From positions 1-52,280 of the forward strand of contig JAZLBY010000099.1 of the NCBI GenBank assembly GCA_045613965.1: a stretch of 52,280 bases of DNA. The letters run 5' to 3'. Shown here in pieces: positions 28,549-38,499 of this stretch (position 1 is its first letter; the number at the start of each line of letters is the position of its first letter). The translations under genes and the position numbers were made by a program. A model generated the notes under the pieces. It was given only the letters and a program-made list of their open reading frames with translations. It made no database searches and was not told where the DNA came from. Origin of the DNA: Candidatus Scatovivens sp. (GTDB taxonomy: Bacteria; Bacillota; Clostridia; TANB77; CAG-508).

Positions 28549-28592
28549 TTATAGATTGCTTTAAATCTAAATAAGGATAAGGAGTTTGACGA

Positions 28593-29888
28593 ATGTCAAA
28601 AGGACAAGAAAGAATTGTTAAATGTTCTTTTTGTGGTAAACCACAAGAAGTAGTTAAAAAAATAATTGCAGGGCCAGGAGTATACATTTGTGATGAGTGT
28701 ATAGCTCTTTGCCAAGATATTATAGATGAAGAAGTTTATGAAACAGAAGAAAGAGTTGAGCAAGTTGATATGCTTACTCCTGCTGAAATTAAAAAGGTTT
28801 TAGATGAGTATGTAATTGGTCAAGAAGATGCTAAAAAAACACTTTCTGTAGCAGTATATAATCACTATAAAAGAATTAATAGTAGTGATGAATTAAGTGA
28901 TATTGAAATACAAAAAAGTAACATATTACTTTTAGGACCTACAGGTTGTGGTAAAACATTACTAGCACAAACACTTGCAAAAATTTTAGATGTTCCATTT
29001 GCTATTGCTGATGCAACAACATTAACAGAGGCTGGATATGTAGGTGAAGACGTTGAAAATATTCTTTTAAAATTAATTCAAGCTGCTGATTATGATGTTG
29101 ATAGAGCTCAAAAAGGTATAATTTATATCGATGAAATTGATAAAATTACAAGAAAATCAGAAAATCCATCAATCACTAGAGATGTTAGTGGTGAAGGAGT
29201 TCAACAAGCGTTATTAAAAATTGTTGAAGGTACAACAGCTTCTGTTCCTCCACAAGGTGGAAGAAAACATCCTCATCAAGAGTTTATTCAAATAGATACA
29301 TCAAATATTTTGTTCATATGTGGTGGTGCTTTTGAAGGATTAGAAAATATAATTAAAGATAGAGTTGGTAAAAAATCAATAGGTTTTGGAGCTCAAATTG
29401 AGAGCAAAAAAGATATTAATAAAACAGAAATATTTAAACAAATATTACCACAAGATTTATTAAAATTTGGTTTAATACCAGAATTTGTTGGAAGATTACC
29501 AATAGTTGCAACATTAGAAGGTTTAACAAAAGAAGCTTTAATTGATATTGTAACAAAACCTAAAAACGCATTAGTTAAACAATATAAAAGATTAGTTGAA
29601 CTAGATGGAGTTGAACTTGAATTCGAACAAGCTGCTTTAGAAGCTATAGTTGATAAAGCAATAGAAAGAAATACAGGTGCTAGAGGTTTACGTTCAATAA
29701 TTGAAGACATAATGAGAGATATCATGTATGATATTCCTTCAAATGAAAAAATAGCAAAATGTATTGTAACTGCAGATACAGTTGTTAATAAATCACAACC
29801 AACAGTTATAATAGATGAAAACAGAAAAAGAGAAACACCAAAACAAAAAAGAAAAGTAAGTAGCACAAATAAAAAAGAAACAGCATAA
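28593..29888 (+). CDS. clpX: ATP-dependent Clp protease ATP-binding subunit ClpX
   Basis: CSFCGK zinc finger, [23 protein letters not shown] and the IGF loop. Confidence 0.98.
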   Translation: MSKGQERIVKCSFCGKPQEVVKKIIAGPGVYICDECIALCQDIIDEEVYETEERVEQVDMLTPAEIKKVLDEYVIGQEDAKKTLSVAVYNHYKRINSSDELSDIEIQKSNILLLGPTGCGKTLLAQTLAKILDVPFAIADATTLTEAGYVGEDVENILLKLIQAADYDVDRAQKGIIYIDEIDKITRKSENPSITRDVSGEGVQQALLKIVEGTTASVPPQGGRKHPHQEFIQIDTSNILFICGGAFEGLENIIKDRVGKKSIGFGAQIESKKDINKTEIFKQILPQDLLKFGLIPEFVGRLPIVATLEGLTKEALIDIVTKPKNALVKQYKRLVELDGVELEFEQAALEAIVDKAIERNTGARGLRSIIEDIMRDIMYDIPSNEKIAKCIVTADTVVNKSQPTVIIDENRKRETPKQKRKVSSTNKKETA

Positions 29889-29890
29889 AA

Positions 29891-29922
29891 ATAAAGGTTC
29901 TAGAATTAACTAGAACCTTTAT
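29891..29922 (+). terminator. terminator after clpX
   Basis: ATAAAGGTTCTAG-loop-CTAGAACCTTTAT. Confidence 0.8.
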
Positions 29923-30023
29923 AAATTGTAAAAATTATGTGAAAAGTTGCAAAATGGTGCGATTGTGTGGTATAATGTTTATTACAGAAAAAAACAAGAC
30001 TTATAGAAAAAGGAGTGAATTTA

Positions 30024-30251
30024 ATGGAGCAGATGAAAGTAAAGCTTCAGGAGTTCAAGAAAAAATGTCGGAGGTTTTGGCTTATCACTAAGCACAAGGC
30101 TAGGATTTGGTTTATAAAGTTCGAGCATAAGCTCGGTTATGCAACTCGTTGTACTCTCTGCGAAGACAATATCTTTTGCGAGACCTACCAGGGTAGCAGA
30201 AAGCGGCTTTTCCATGTCGAACGTTGCACTGACCACTCCAGTACCAGATAA
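30024..30251 (+). CDS. small basic Cys/His-containing hypothetical protein (GC-richer solo gene 4)
   Basis: AAGGAG RBS before ATG 30024. Promoter TTGCAA-18-TATAAT at 29947-29976. CTLC...C...H...C..H motif. About 45% GC in a spot-counted line. Confidence 0.65.
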   Translation: MEQMKVKLQEFKKKCRRFWLITKHKARIWFIKFEHKLGYATRCTLCEDNIFCETYQGSRKRLFHVERCTDHSSTR

Positions 30252-30259
30252 CCAATGAC

Positions 30260-30313
30260 GAAACGGGGGATTGTTGTCGCAGATTCTAAAGCGACTCAAT
30301 CCCCGTTGTTTTT
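30260..30313. terminator. long compound GC-rich hairpin, bidirectional terminator
   Basis: AACGGGG-ATTG-GTCGC-loop-GCGAC-CAAT-CCCCGTT followed by a T-tract, between convergent genes. Confidence 0.75.
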
Positions 30314-31201
30314 TTATAAAATTTTTTTCATATCATCTGGAAGATCTATTTCTAAGATGATGTTTTCTTTTGATATTGGATGTATAAAAGATATTTTGTA
30401 AGCATGTAATGCTTGTCTATTTATAAGATTTGATTTTTCACCATATAGAGTATCTCCAATAATAGGATTACCTAGATATTTTGAATGTAATCTAATTTGA
30501 TGTGTTCTACCTGTTTCTAAAAGGAAATTAACAAGAGATAATGGTGTGTCATTTATATAAAATTCATTTAATACTCTATAATATGTTATTGCTTTTTCAC
30601 CAGTCTCAAAATTTATTTCACGTTCTATTATTGAACCATCTTTTCTGGCGATAGAAGCGTGTATTTTTCCATTTTTATTTGTTAGGTGACCTGTTAGTAT
30701 AGCTTGATATTCTTTTTTGAATATGGACGTTTTCATTTGTTTTATTAAAAGTTCTTGTATATATTCGTGTTTTGCAAAGATAACAATTCCAGAAGTATCT
30801 TTATCTAATCTGTTTACAGGTCTAATTTTTTTGTTCAAACCTATTGTATTAAAATAGAATTTTACACCATTTGATAAACTATTTTTATAATGAGCTATCG
30901 ATGGGTGAACAGGAATTCCAGCTGGTTTATTAATAATTAGTAAATAATTATCTTCAAAGATTATATTTAAATCCATTTCAATTGGAACAATATTTTCAGA
31001 TTCTTCTTCGAAATTCATATCGATTTTAATAATATCACCTTGTTTAATTTGTTTATCAACATAGGCAAGTGTATTATTAAGATAAATTTTTTTATTCTTT
31101 TTTAATTTAATTAATAATCTATCAGAAATTTCAAAATGTGCTTTTAAAACTTCTTTTATATTAAAATATTTTTCATCTTTGACAATAAATTCTAGTTCCA
31201 T
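30314..31201 (-). CDS. RluA/RluD-family pseudouridine synthase
   Basis: S4-like N-terminus. INKPAG, NRLDKDTSG (catalytic Asp), TGRTHQIR, GDTLYG and QALHA motifs. Confidence 0.93.
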   Translation of the reverse strand: MELEFIVKDEKYFNIKEVLKAHFEISDRLLIKLKKNKKIYLNNTLAYVDKQIKQGDIIKIDMNFEEESENIVPIEMDLNIIFEDNYLLIINKPAGIPVHPSIAHYKNSLSNGVKFYFNTIGLNKKIRPVNRLDKDTSGIVIFAKHEYIQELLIKQMKTSIFKKEYQAILTGHLTNKNGKIHASIARKDGSIIEREINFETGEKAITYYRVLNEFYINDTPLSLVNFLLETGRTHQIRLHSKYLGNPIIGDTLYGEKSNLINRQALHAYKISFIHPISKENIILEIDLPDDMKKIL

Positions 31202-31350
31202 AATTCCTCTCTAATACAAATAATATAGCAATTTTATCATATTTTTAAACGATATTCAATTAAAGGTTTTTTAAAAAAATGTAAAAAAATGTTCTTTTTA
31301 AAAATCTTTTGTGATAGAATGAAATTACCTTAAAAACAAGGAGGTTGTAT

Positions 31351-31878
31351 ATGGAAATTTGGGATGTATATGATCGAGATAGAAAATTAACAGGTAAAAA
31401 AGTATTAAGAGATGAACCTAATAATTTAGCTGATGGAGAATACGGATTAGTAGTGCATGTTGCTATATTTAATAGCGATGGTGAAATGTTGATTCAAAAA
31501 AGACAATCAACAAGAAATAGATTTCCTAATTTATGGGATATTTCTGCTGGTGGTCATTCTATATCGGGAGAAACAAGTGAAGAAGCTATACAAAGAGAAG
31601 CTTATGAAGAATTAGGATATATACATGATTTTTCAAATGATAGACCTTATCTAACAATAAATTATGATGATGGTTTTGGAGATGTATATTTACTAATAGA
31701 TGAAAATTTAGATATTAATGATTTGAGACTTCAAAAAGAAGAAGTTCAATGCGTAACTTGGGCAAGTAAAGATGAAATTATGCAATTAATCAATGAAGAA
31801 AAATTTATACCTTATTGTCCAGGATTTATTGAACTTTTATTCTTTAATCAAAATAAGAGAGGATTAATTAACGAATAG
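31351..31878 (+). CDS. Nudix hydrolase (IPP-isomerase-like subfamily)
   Basis: LIQKR...FPNLWDISAGGH..SGE.SEEAIQREAYEELG Nudix box. AAGGAGG RBS. Confidence 0.88.
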   Translation: MEIWDVYDRDRKLTGKKVLRDEPNNLADGEYGLVVHVAIFNSDGEMLIQKRQSTRNRFPNLWDISAGGHSISGETSEEAIQREAYEELGYIHDFSNDRPYLTINYDDGFGDVYLLIDENLDINDLRLQKEEVQCVTWASKDEIMQLINEEKFIPYCPGFIELLFFNQNKRGLINE

Positions 31879-31880
31879 AA

Positions 31881-33134
31881 ATGGAAACAAATGAAGAAAA
31901 TTTAAAGTTATATCCAAGATATAGACGTTTAGCTAGAGATTTTTTGTTTTTCTATACAATTAATGTCTTATTCTTAACACAAGTTAAGAAAATAGATATG
32001 TCTGCAATAGTTTTGGTAGACACATTTTATGCATTATTTGTTGTTATACTTCAAATTCCAATTTCAATAATTATAGATAAAATTGGACGTAAAAAAGGTA
32101 TAATATTTGGTAATTTATGCAATTTTTTATATTTAATATGTGTTATAAATAGTACAAACTTTTGGCATTTAGCTTTTGCTGAAATTTTAAGTGCTAGTGG
32201 ATTTGCATTTAAAGACATTGCAGAAACAGCGTTATTAAATGAATCTATTTGTTTCGAAAAAGAAGAAAAAAGCAAGATGTTTGCACATATTCAAGGAAAA
32301 GCGATATCTGGATATTATGCGTTTAGTGCAATTTCGATGATTGTATCTGGATTTATATATGAAGTAAATCCATATTTTCCAATGATAATGTCATTAATTG
32401 TTGTTTTAATAACATTAATAATGTCAATGAAATTTAGTGAACCAGTAATTGTAAAAAAAGAAGAAATAAAAGAGGATAAATTATCATTAAAAGAATCAAT
32501 ATTATTTTCAATTAAATCAAAAAGATGTAGATCTATTTTGATTTATGGTAGTGTTTTCTACGGTGTAATTTGCGTACTAGCTACATATGAAATATTATTG
32601 ATAGAAGAGTTAAAAGTATCTACAGCTATTATTGGAATATTGTTTGCTGTGCTTAATATTGTGTCATCGATATCATCTAGTGCACAAAATAAAGTACATT
32701 CATTGTTTAAAAATAAAACGCTAATGTTTTTAGCAATAACAATATCAGTAGTATGTATTTTAGTTGGTAATGTAGCAAAATTAAATATGCCTATAGCTAT
32801 AATTTTATTGTTAATTGCAGTACTATATATTTTGAAATATTGGATAGTTGGTGTTTATTCTGTATTAATATCAAAATATTTAAGCAATTTTACAAATGAA
32901 AAAATTGATACAAGATTGTTTGCGATTTACAGTTTTACTAATTCGATAGTAAGCGTAATTTTTGGTGTTGTAGCTTCTAAATTAATAGAAAATATGTCTA
33001 CAGCAGATGCAATGATTATATTTGGACAAATGATACTTGTTATATTTGTTATAATTTTAATATACATAAGGAACAAATTTGGGTTAAAACCAGAAGAATA
33101 TTCTGATTATGAAGTTCAGTTTGATAAAAAATAA
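31881..33134 (+). CDS. MFS transporter
   Basis: About 12 TM segments. Motif A variant IIDKIGRKK. Confidence 0.85.
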   Translation: METNEENLKLYPRYRRLARDFLFFYTINVLFLTQVKKIDMSAIVLVDTFYALFVVILQIPISIIIDKIGRKKGIIFGNLCNFLYLICVINSTNFWHLAFAEILSASGFAFKDIAETALLNESICFEKEEKSKMFAHIQGKAISGYYAFSAISMIVSGFIYEVNPYFPMIMSLIVVLITLIMSMKFSEPVIVKKEEIKEDKLSLKESILFSIKSKRCRSILIYGSVFYGVICVLATYEILLIEELKVSTAIIGILFAVLNIVSSISSSAQNKVHSLFKNKTLMFLAITISVVCILVGNVAKLNMPIAIILLLIAVLYILKYWIVGVYSVLISKYLSNFTNEKIDTRLFAIYSFTNSIVSVIFGVVASKLIENMSTADAMIIFGQMILVIFVIILIYIRNKFGLKPEEYSDYEVQFDKK

Positions 33135-33143
33135 AGGGTAATT

Positions 33144-33755
33144 ATGGAACATTTTGAGTTTATAGAATTGATCAATTCTGCAATGGAAAATGATGAAAAA
33201 ATTGAAAAGATAAAAATAGAAAATATTGATAATATAATAAATCTTGACGTGATAAACGTAGACTTTTCTAATGTAGAATTTAATTTTGTAGAAATAATAG
33301 ATTCTAATTTAGAAAAAATATCTTTTGTTAATTCAACATTTAATAACTGTAATTTTTCTAACACAACATTTGAAAATGCAAGTTTTATAAGATGTAAATT
33401 TAATAATTGTAAATTTACTGGAACTGTATTTTTAAAATCAAGATTTGAAACGATAGAAATTATAGATAGTAATCTTTGTTATTCAAATTTTTCGCTTTCA
33501 AATATGAGTAATATTAAATTTGATAAATCAGTTATGAGGAATATGTATTTTGAAGAAAACAGACATAAGAAATTTGAGATTATAGATTCAGATCTTACAC
33601 AAGCAAGTTTTATAAAAACAAGTCTAAAAGATATAGATATATCAAGTAATATAATTTCAGGGTTAATAGTTGGATTAGAAGATATTAGAGGAGCAAAGAT
33701 ATCAGAATTGCAAGCATTAGATTTAGTAACATTATTAGGTGTTAAAATAAAGTAA
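33144..33755 (+). CDS. pentapeptide repeat protein
   Basis: Tandem (x)F/L pentapeptides: NVDFSNVEF, NCNFSNTTFENASF, SDLTQASF. Confidence 0.85.
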   Translation: MEHFEFIELINSAMENDEKIEKIKIENIDNIINLDVINVDFSNVEFNFVEIIDSNLEKISFVNSTFNNCNFSNTTFENASFIRCKFNNCKFTGTVFLKSRFETIEIIDSNLCYSNFSLSNMSNIKFDKSVMRNMYFEENRHKKFEIIDSDLTQASFIKTSLKDIDISSNIISGLIVGLEDIRGAKISELQALDLVTLLGVKIK

Positions 33756-33778
33756 AGAGGGAGACCTCTTTATTTTTT
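33753..33778 (+). terminator. terminator after Nudix-MFS-pentapeptide operon
   Basis: TAAAGAGG-gaga-CCTCTTTA followed by a T-tract. Confidence 0.8.
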
Positions 33779-33856
33779 ACAAAAAAATAATAATTTCTTG
33801 AAAAATAAGGAAAAAAGGGATATAATCATTTTGAAAATAATCTTAGGAGTTGACAA

Positions 33857-34630
33857 GTGATAGATTTAGAAAAAGCAAAAAATGAATTTTTTAAATTTGT
33901 AAGTGACTATGATGAAACTGAATCTAATATTTCAGTAAAAAAATATCATTGTATTAGAGTAATGGAACATGCTCTAGAAATTGCTAAGAGTTTAGAATTG
34001 ACTGAAGAAGAAATCAACTTAGCAGGTTTAATAGGAATTTTACATGATGTGGCACGATTTGAACAATGGAAAAGATTTAAAAACTTTTCTGATAAAAGAA
34101 CAGGATTCGATCATGGTGATGAAGCAGCTAAAATGTTAGAAAACAAAGAATTCTTGAGAAAATTTGTCGAAAACGATAAAGATGATGAACTTATTATAAA
34201 AGCTGTTAGAAATCATAATAAATATAAAATTGAAGATGGTCTTAATGAAAGAGAACTACTTCATGCTAAAATAATTAGAGATGCTGATAAACTAGATATA
34301 TTTATGGAATCAGTTGAGAAAATGTATTTAACAAAAGAAATGATTGAAGAGACAGAAAAATCATACGTTTCTGAAAGTTATTATTCTCAATTTATGAAAG
34401 AAATACAGATTAAAAGAGTTCCAGAGCAAACTGCACTTGATATGATAATTTCATATGTTGCTTTTATATACGATATTAATTTTAAATATTCATGTGAAGT
34501 TATAGAAAAAGAATCATATATAGACGGAATGCTTGATGCATTTGATTATAAGCTTGATTCAACAAAAGTACAGATAGAAGAAATCCGTGAGTTTGCAAAA
34601 AAATATTTAAATAGAAGATTAGGTAAATAA
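33857..34630 (+). CDS. HD-domain metal-dependent phosphohydrolase
   Basis: H..RV, GILHDVARF, DHG, NHN and IRDADKLD motifs. Confidence 0.88.
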   Translation: MIDLEKAKNEFFKFVSDYDETESNISVKKYHCIRVMEHALEIAKSLELTEEEINLAGLIGILHDVARFEQWKRFKNFSDKRTGFDHGDEAAKMLENKEFLRKFVENDKDDELIIKAVRNHNKYKIEDGLNERELLHAKIIRDADKLDIFMESVEKMYLTKEMIEETEKSYVSESYYSQFMKEIQIKRVPEQTALDMIISYVAFIYDINFKYSCEVIEKESYIDGMLDAFDYKLDSTKVQIEEIREFAKKYLNRRLGK

Positions 34631-34941
34631 TGTATTATACATATGTGATTAGATGTGAAGACAATTCTTTATATACTGGTATAACAACAGATTTAGAAAG
34701 ACGCATGAAAGAACATTTTGAAAAAAATGAAAAATGTGCTAAATATACATTTAGACATAATGCAAAGAAATTGGAAATGGTTTGGACATCAAATGATAGA
34801 AAATTAGCTTCTAAACTTGAATACCACATAAAGAAACTTCCAAAAATAAAAAAAGAAAATTTAATTAAATCTCCAGAATTGTTAAATGAATATTTAGGAG
34901 ATAAAATAGATTCAGAAGAATATAAAGTATACGAAAGATAA
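34630..34941 (+). CDS. GIY-YIG nuclease family protein (UPF0213/YazA-like)
   Basis: YYTYVIRCEDNSLYTGITTDLERR...H, AKYT and EYHIKKL motifs. Confidence 0.9.
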   Translation: MYYTYVIRCEDNSLYTGITTDLERRMKEHFEKNEKCAKYTFRHNAKKLEMVWTSNDRKLASKLEYHIKKLPKIKKENLIKSPELLNEYLGDKIDSEEYKVYER

Positions 34942-34983
34942 CGAATAGAGGAGTGAAAAAGAATAGTTAGGGTGATTTAAGTA

Positions 34984-35238
34984 GTGAGTAAAGTTTATAA
35001 AGAACCAATAGATGAGACAGAAAAAGAGACAACAATTAATGTTTTATATGGCGAAAATTGTTTAGCGATATACACGAATAAGGCAGAACTTCAAAAGCAA
35101 TTATGCAAAATATTTGGTGAACCTAATAAAGAACACAAAAAGGGTAAAACTATTTTAGGAAGTACATGGATAGTTTCTTTAGATGAAAAAAGTAAGATAA
35201 CTAAAATGATGCTTCAAGCCAATATTTTTGAACTATAA
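34984..35238 (+). CDS. hypothetical protein
   Basis: 84-aa ORF with GTG start, AGGG RBS and host-like codon usage, followed by a terminator. Confidence 0.65.
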   Translation: MSKVYKEPIDETEKETTINVLYGENCLAIYTNKAELQKQLCKIFGEPNKEHKKGKTILGSTWIVSLDEKSKITKMMLQANIFEL

Positions 35239-35247
35239 TATAAAATT

Positions 35248-35275
35248 AACCAGTCTCTTAAAAGACTGGTTTTTT
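35248..35275 (+). terminator. intrinsic terminator
   Basis: AACCAGTCT-loop-AGACTGGTT followed by a T-tract. Confidence 0.8.
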
Positions 35276-35298
35276 GCTTTATAAAGGAGGTATTTATT

Positions 35299-35859
35299 AT
35301 GAAGTATTTTAAAAAATTAGTAGGAGATAGAATTTATTTATCACCAAGATCTCCAGAGGATGCAGAATTATTTACAAAATGGTTGAATGACTTTCAAACA
35401 ACAGATTATATCGGTAGAAGTGCAGAACAATATACTGTTGATGCTGAAAGAAAATATTTAGAAAATCATGCAAATGATAGAGCATCTTTTTGCATAGTTA
35501 CTTTAGATAATGATACTATGATAGGATCAGTTTCTTTAGAAGATTTTGATTTTATTGAAAGATCAGCATTATTTGGAATTTTTATTGGAGATGAAAATTT
35601 TAGAAATAATGGATATGGAACAGAAGCAATTAGATTAATTTTAGATTATGGATTTAACTATTTAAATTTACACAGCATTAGACTAAGTGTGTTTGGAAAC
35701 AATGAAAGAGCAATTGCGTGTTATAAAAAATGTGGATTTAAAGAAGTTGGAAGATTTAGAGAGAAAAAATATGTTAATGGTAAATACATTGATATAGTTT
35801 TAATGGATATATTAGAGCAAGAGTTTACAGAGTCATATATTAGAAATAAGAATATGTAA
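35299..35859 (+). CDS. GNAT N-acetyltransferase (RimJ/RimL family)
   Basis: GIFIG...FRNNGYGTEA, LNLHSI.L.V...NERAIACYKKCGF motifs. Confidence 0.9.
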   Translation: MKYFKKLVGDRIYLSPRSPEDAELFTKWLNDFQTTDYIGRSAEQYTVDAERKYLENHANDRASFCIVTLDNDTMIGSVSLEDFDFIERSALFGIFIGDENFRNNGYGTEAIRLILDYGFNYLNLHSIRLSVFGNNERAIACYKKCGFKEVGRFREKKYVNGKYIDIVLMDILEQEFTESYIRNKNM

Positions 35860-35870
35860 AAGGATGTTAA

Positions 35871-36443
35871 ATGGAAGAAAAATTAATAAGGTTATACAAC
35901 GAATCGTTAGATGAACTTTTTTCAATAGGTATAAATCTTAAAGATGAGGAAAAAATAGGAAAAATAACTATTTCTTTTTCTAAAAGAAAAACTAAAAGAT
36001 ATGGTTGTTGTAAGCAAGAAAATCCTGATAAAGCAACAGCATATAAAATTAAAAGAAGAATTTATTTTAGAAAATTTAATACTCATCATATAGAAATTAG
36101 CAAATGGTTAATGGATTTAAATGAAGATATTATTAAAAATACTATTATTCATGAATTAATTCATTGTATTCCAGATTGTAACAATCATGGAAAAGAATTT
36201 AAGAAGTATGCTAAACTGGTAAATGATAATTTAGGCTATAATATTTCAAGAGTTGGAAATAAACTTGAAGACTATAAGAAAAGTGGTCAAATATTAAAAG
36301 AAAAAGAAAACAAAAACAAGTATCAAATTATATGTGAAAAATGCGGGCAAACTTATTATAGACAAAGACTTTCAAAGAATTTCACAAAAAAATACTTATG
36401 TGGTATTTGTAAAGGTAAATTTATAGTTAAAAATATACTATAA
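35871..36443 (+). CDS. SprT-like zinc metallopeptidase with C-terminal zinc ribbon
   Basis: HELIH, HGKEFK, CEKC...CGIC motifs. Confidence 0.88.
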   Translation: MEEKLIRLYNESLDELFSIGINLKDEEKIGKITISFSKRKTKRYGCCKQENPDKATAYKIKRRIYFRKFNTHHIEISKWLMDLNEDIIKNTIIHELIHCIPDCNNHGKEFKKYAKLVNDNLGYNISRVGNKLEDYKKSGQILKEKENKNKYQIICEKCGQTYYRQRLSKNFTKKYLCGICKGKFIVKNIL

Positions 36444-36502
36444 ATTGTGTTAATTTTATTGAATATAAGGCGTATTAGGTATATAATATATAAAATTTTA
36501 TA

Positions 36503-37846
36503 ATGGAGGAAAAGACATTGGTACCAATTACATTATTAACAGGATATTTAGGAGCAGGAAAAACTACTTTAATTAACCATATTTTAACAAATCAAGAAGG
36601 TTACAAAGTAGCTGTAATAGTAAATGATATTGGAGAAATAAATATAGATGCAGAATTAATTCAAAAAGGTGGAGTTGTTAAAGAAGAAAATAATAATTTA
36701 GTTCCACTAAGCAATGGATGTATTTGCTGCACACTTAATGTTGATTTAATGAAACAAATCGTAGAATTAATTAAATCAGGAAAATTTGATTATATATTAA
36801 TCGAGGCTAGCGGAATTTGCGAACCACTTCCTATAGCTCAATCAATTTATGCGCTTCAAGAACAAGCAAAATCATATGGAATACCACCAATTTGTAGATT
36901 AGATAATTTAGTTACTGTTGTTGACGCAGCTAGACTTGTTTATGAGTTTGGAGCAGGAGATAGTTTAGTAAAAGAAAATATTGGTGAAGAAGATATTGAA
37001 AATCTTTTAATTCAACAAATTGAATTTTGCAATACAATTGTTATTAACAAAGTTGATTGTGTTTCAAAAGAAGAATTAGAGAATGTTAAAAGAGTTGTTA
37101 GAGCACTTCAACCATCAGCTAAAATAATTGAAACTAATTATGCTAAAGTTGATATTAAAGAAATGTTAGATACTAACAGTTTTGATTTTGAAAAAGTTGC
37201 AACTTCAGCTGGTTGGGTTAAAGAATTAGAAAGAGAAGATAACGAACATGAAGATGATGAGAATGATCACGAACATGAACACGATCATCATGAACATCAT
37301 CATCACCATGAACATTGTCATCATGAAGAGGGAGAAGAATGCGATTGCGATCACGATCATGAAGAACATGAATGCAATCATGGAGAAGACGAAGAATGTG
37401 AACATTGTCATGGAAAACATGAACACGGACATCATCACCATCATCATTGTAATCATGATCATGAACATGGTCATGACGAAGAATATGGTATAACAACTTT
37501 TGTTTATGCAAGAAGAAAACCATTTGATAGAAATAAATTTGAACAATACGTAAACTTCAAATGGAGAAAAAATATCATAAGATGTAAAGGAATTATCTGG
37601 TTTTCTGATGAAGATGAAATGTCTTATGTGTTTGAGCAAGCAGGAAATCAAATGCAAGTAGGTGAAGCTGGTTTATGGATTGCTTCAGCTCCTGAAAAAG
37701 AAAAAGAGATGATGAAAAAAGAAAATCCAGAATTATTTAAAAACTGGGATCCAGAAGTTGGAGATAGAATAATTAAACTTGTTTTTATAGGTAAAGATTT
37801 AGAAAAAGATCAAATTAAAAAAGAATTAGATGAAATTTTAGATTAG
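36503..37846 (+). CDS. CobW/COG0523 family metallochaperone GTPase with long His/Cys-rich insert
   Basis: GYLGAGKTT, NDIG, GCICC, EASG, NKVD and CobW_C (RCKG..W) motifs. Confidence 0.93.
   Translation: MEEKTLVPITLLTGYLGAGKTTLINHILTNQEGYKVAVIVNDIGEINIDAELIQKGGVVKEENNNLVPLSNGCICCTLNVDLMKQIVELIKSGKFDYILIEASGICEPLPIAQSIYALQEQAKSYGIPPICRLDNLVTVVDAARLVYEFGAGDSLVKENIGEEDIENLLIQQIEFCNTIVINKVDCVSKEELENVKRVVRALQPSAKIIETNYAKVDIKEMLDTNSFDFEKVATSAGWVKELEREDNEHEDDENDHEHEHDHHEHHHHHEHCHHEEGEECDCDHDHEEHECNHGEDEECEHCHGKHEHGHHHHHHCNHDHEHGHDEEYGITTFVYARRKPFDRNKFEQYVNFKWRKNIIRCKGIIWFSDEDEMSYVFEQAGNQMQVGEAGLWIASAPEKEKEMMKKENPELFKNWDPEVGDRIIKLVFIGKDLEKDQIKKELDEILD
37240..37483 (+). repeat. CAT/GAA-rich low-complexity tract encoding a His/Glu/Cys linker
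   Basis: EHEDDENDHEHEHDHHEHHHHHEHCHHEE...HHHHHHCNHDHEHGHDEE. Confidence 0.85.
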
Positions 37847-37861
37847 TTAGGAGGAATTACG

Positions 37862-38479
37862 TTGGTAATAACAATCGGTAGAGAATTTGGTAGTGGTGGT
37901 AAATACATCGGACAAAGATTAGCAGAAGACTTAGGATTAAAATTATATGATAAAGAAATTTTAAGCAAAGTTTCAGAAGAATCTGGTATAGAACTTGAAA
38001 TTTTAGAAGAAGTAGATGAAAAACAAGAACAAAGCTTCTGGTATTCATTTGCTAGATCTATGTATTCTTCTGCAGATAGTATTACAACAATGAATGAGAT
38101 TCCTTCAAATGAAAAATTATTTATTGAGCAAGCTAAAGTTATAGAAGAGTTGTCAGAAAAAGAAAATTGTATTATAATAGGCAGGTGCTCAAATTTAATC
38201 TTAAAAGAAAGACCTGATGTATTAAATGTTTTTGTATATTCATCAGATATGGATTTTAAGATTAATAGAAAAATGAAATATGATAATTATGAAAATGCAA
38301 ATGATGCATTAAAAGATATTCAAAGAATTGATGCTGAAAGAGCTGCATACTATAATTATTTTTCTCCTACTTTAAAATGGGGAGATAAAAATGGTTACGA
38401 TTTGATGATTGATACTTCAAAATTTGGTGTTGAAGCAGCAATAGAATTAATCAAAGAGTATTTAAAAATTATTAAATAG
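37862..38479 (+). CDS. cytidylate kinase-like family protein
   Basis: VITIGREFGSGG, IIGRC, D..RA.YY, W....YDL.IDTS motifs. Confidence 0.88.
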   Translation: MVITIGREFGSGGKYIGQRLAEDLGLKLYDKEILSKVSEESGIELEILEEVDEKQEQSFWYSFARSMYSSADSITTMNEIPSNEKLFIEQAKVIEELSEKENCIIIGRCSNLILKERPDVLNVFVYSSDMDFKINRKMKYDNYENANDALKDIQRIDAERAAYYNYFSPTLKWGDKNGYDLMIDTSKFGVEAAIELIKEYLKIIK

Positions 38480-38499
38480 ATTGTACAGAGGGTAAAAAA

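Noticed and set aside
30245..30313. Integron attC interpretation of the solo-gene 3' hairpins
   Set aside because: No clear RYYYAAC/GTTRRRY core pair, the genes carry their own promoters, they are not in tandem, and no integrase is present.
36443..36502. Zur box upstream of the COG0523 gene
   Set aside because: No convincing match to the TAAATCGTAAT-type dyad.
37218..37657. Three alternative-frame ORFs over the CobW His tract
   Set aside because: By-products of CAT/GAA low-complexity sequence.
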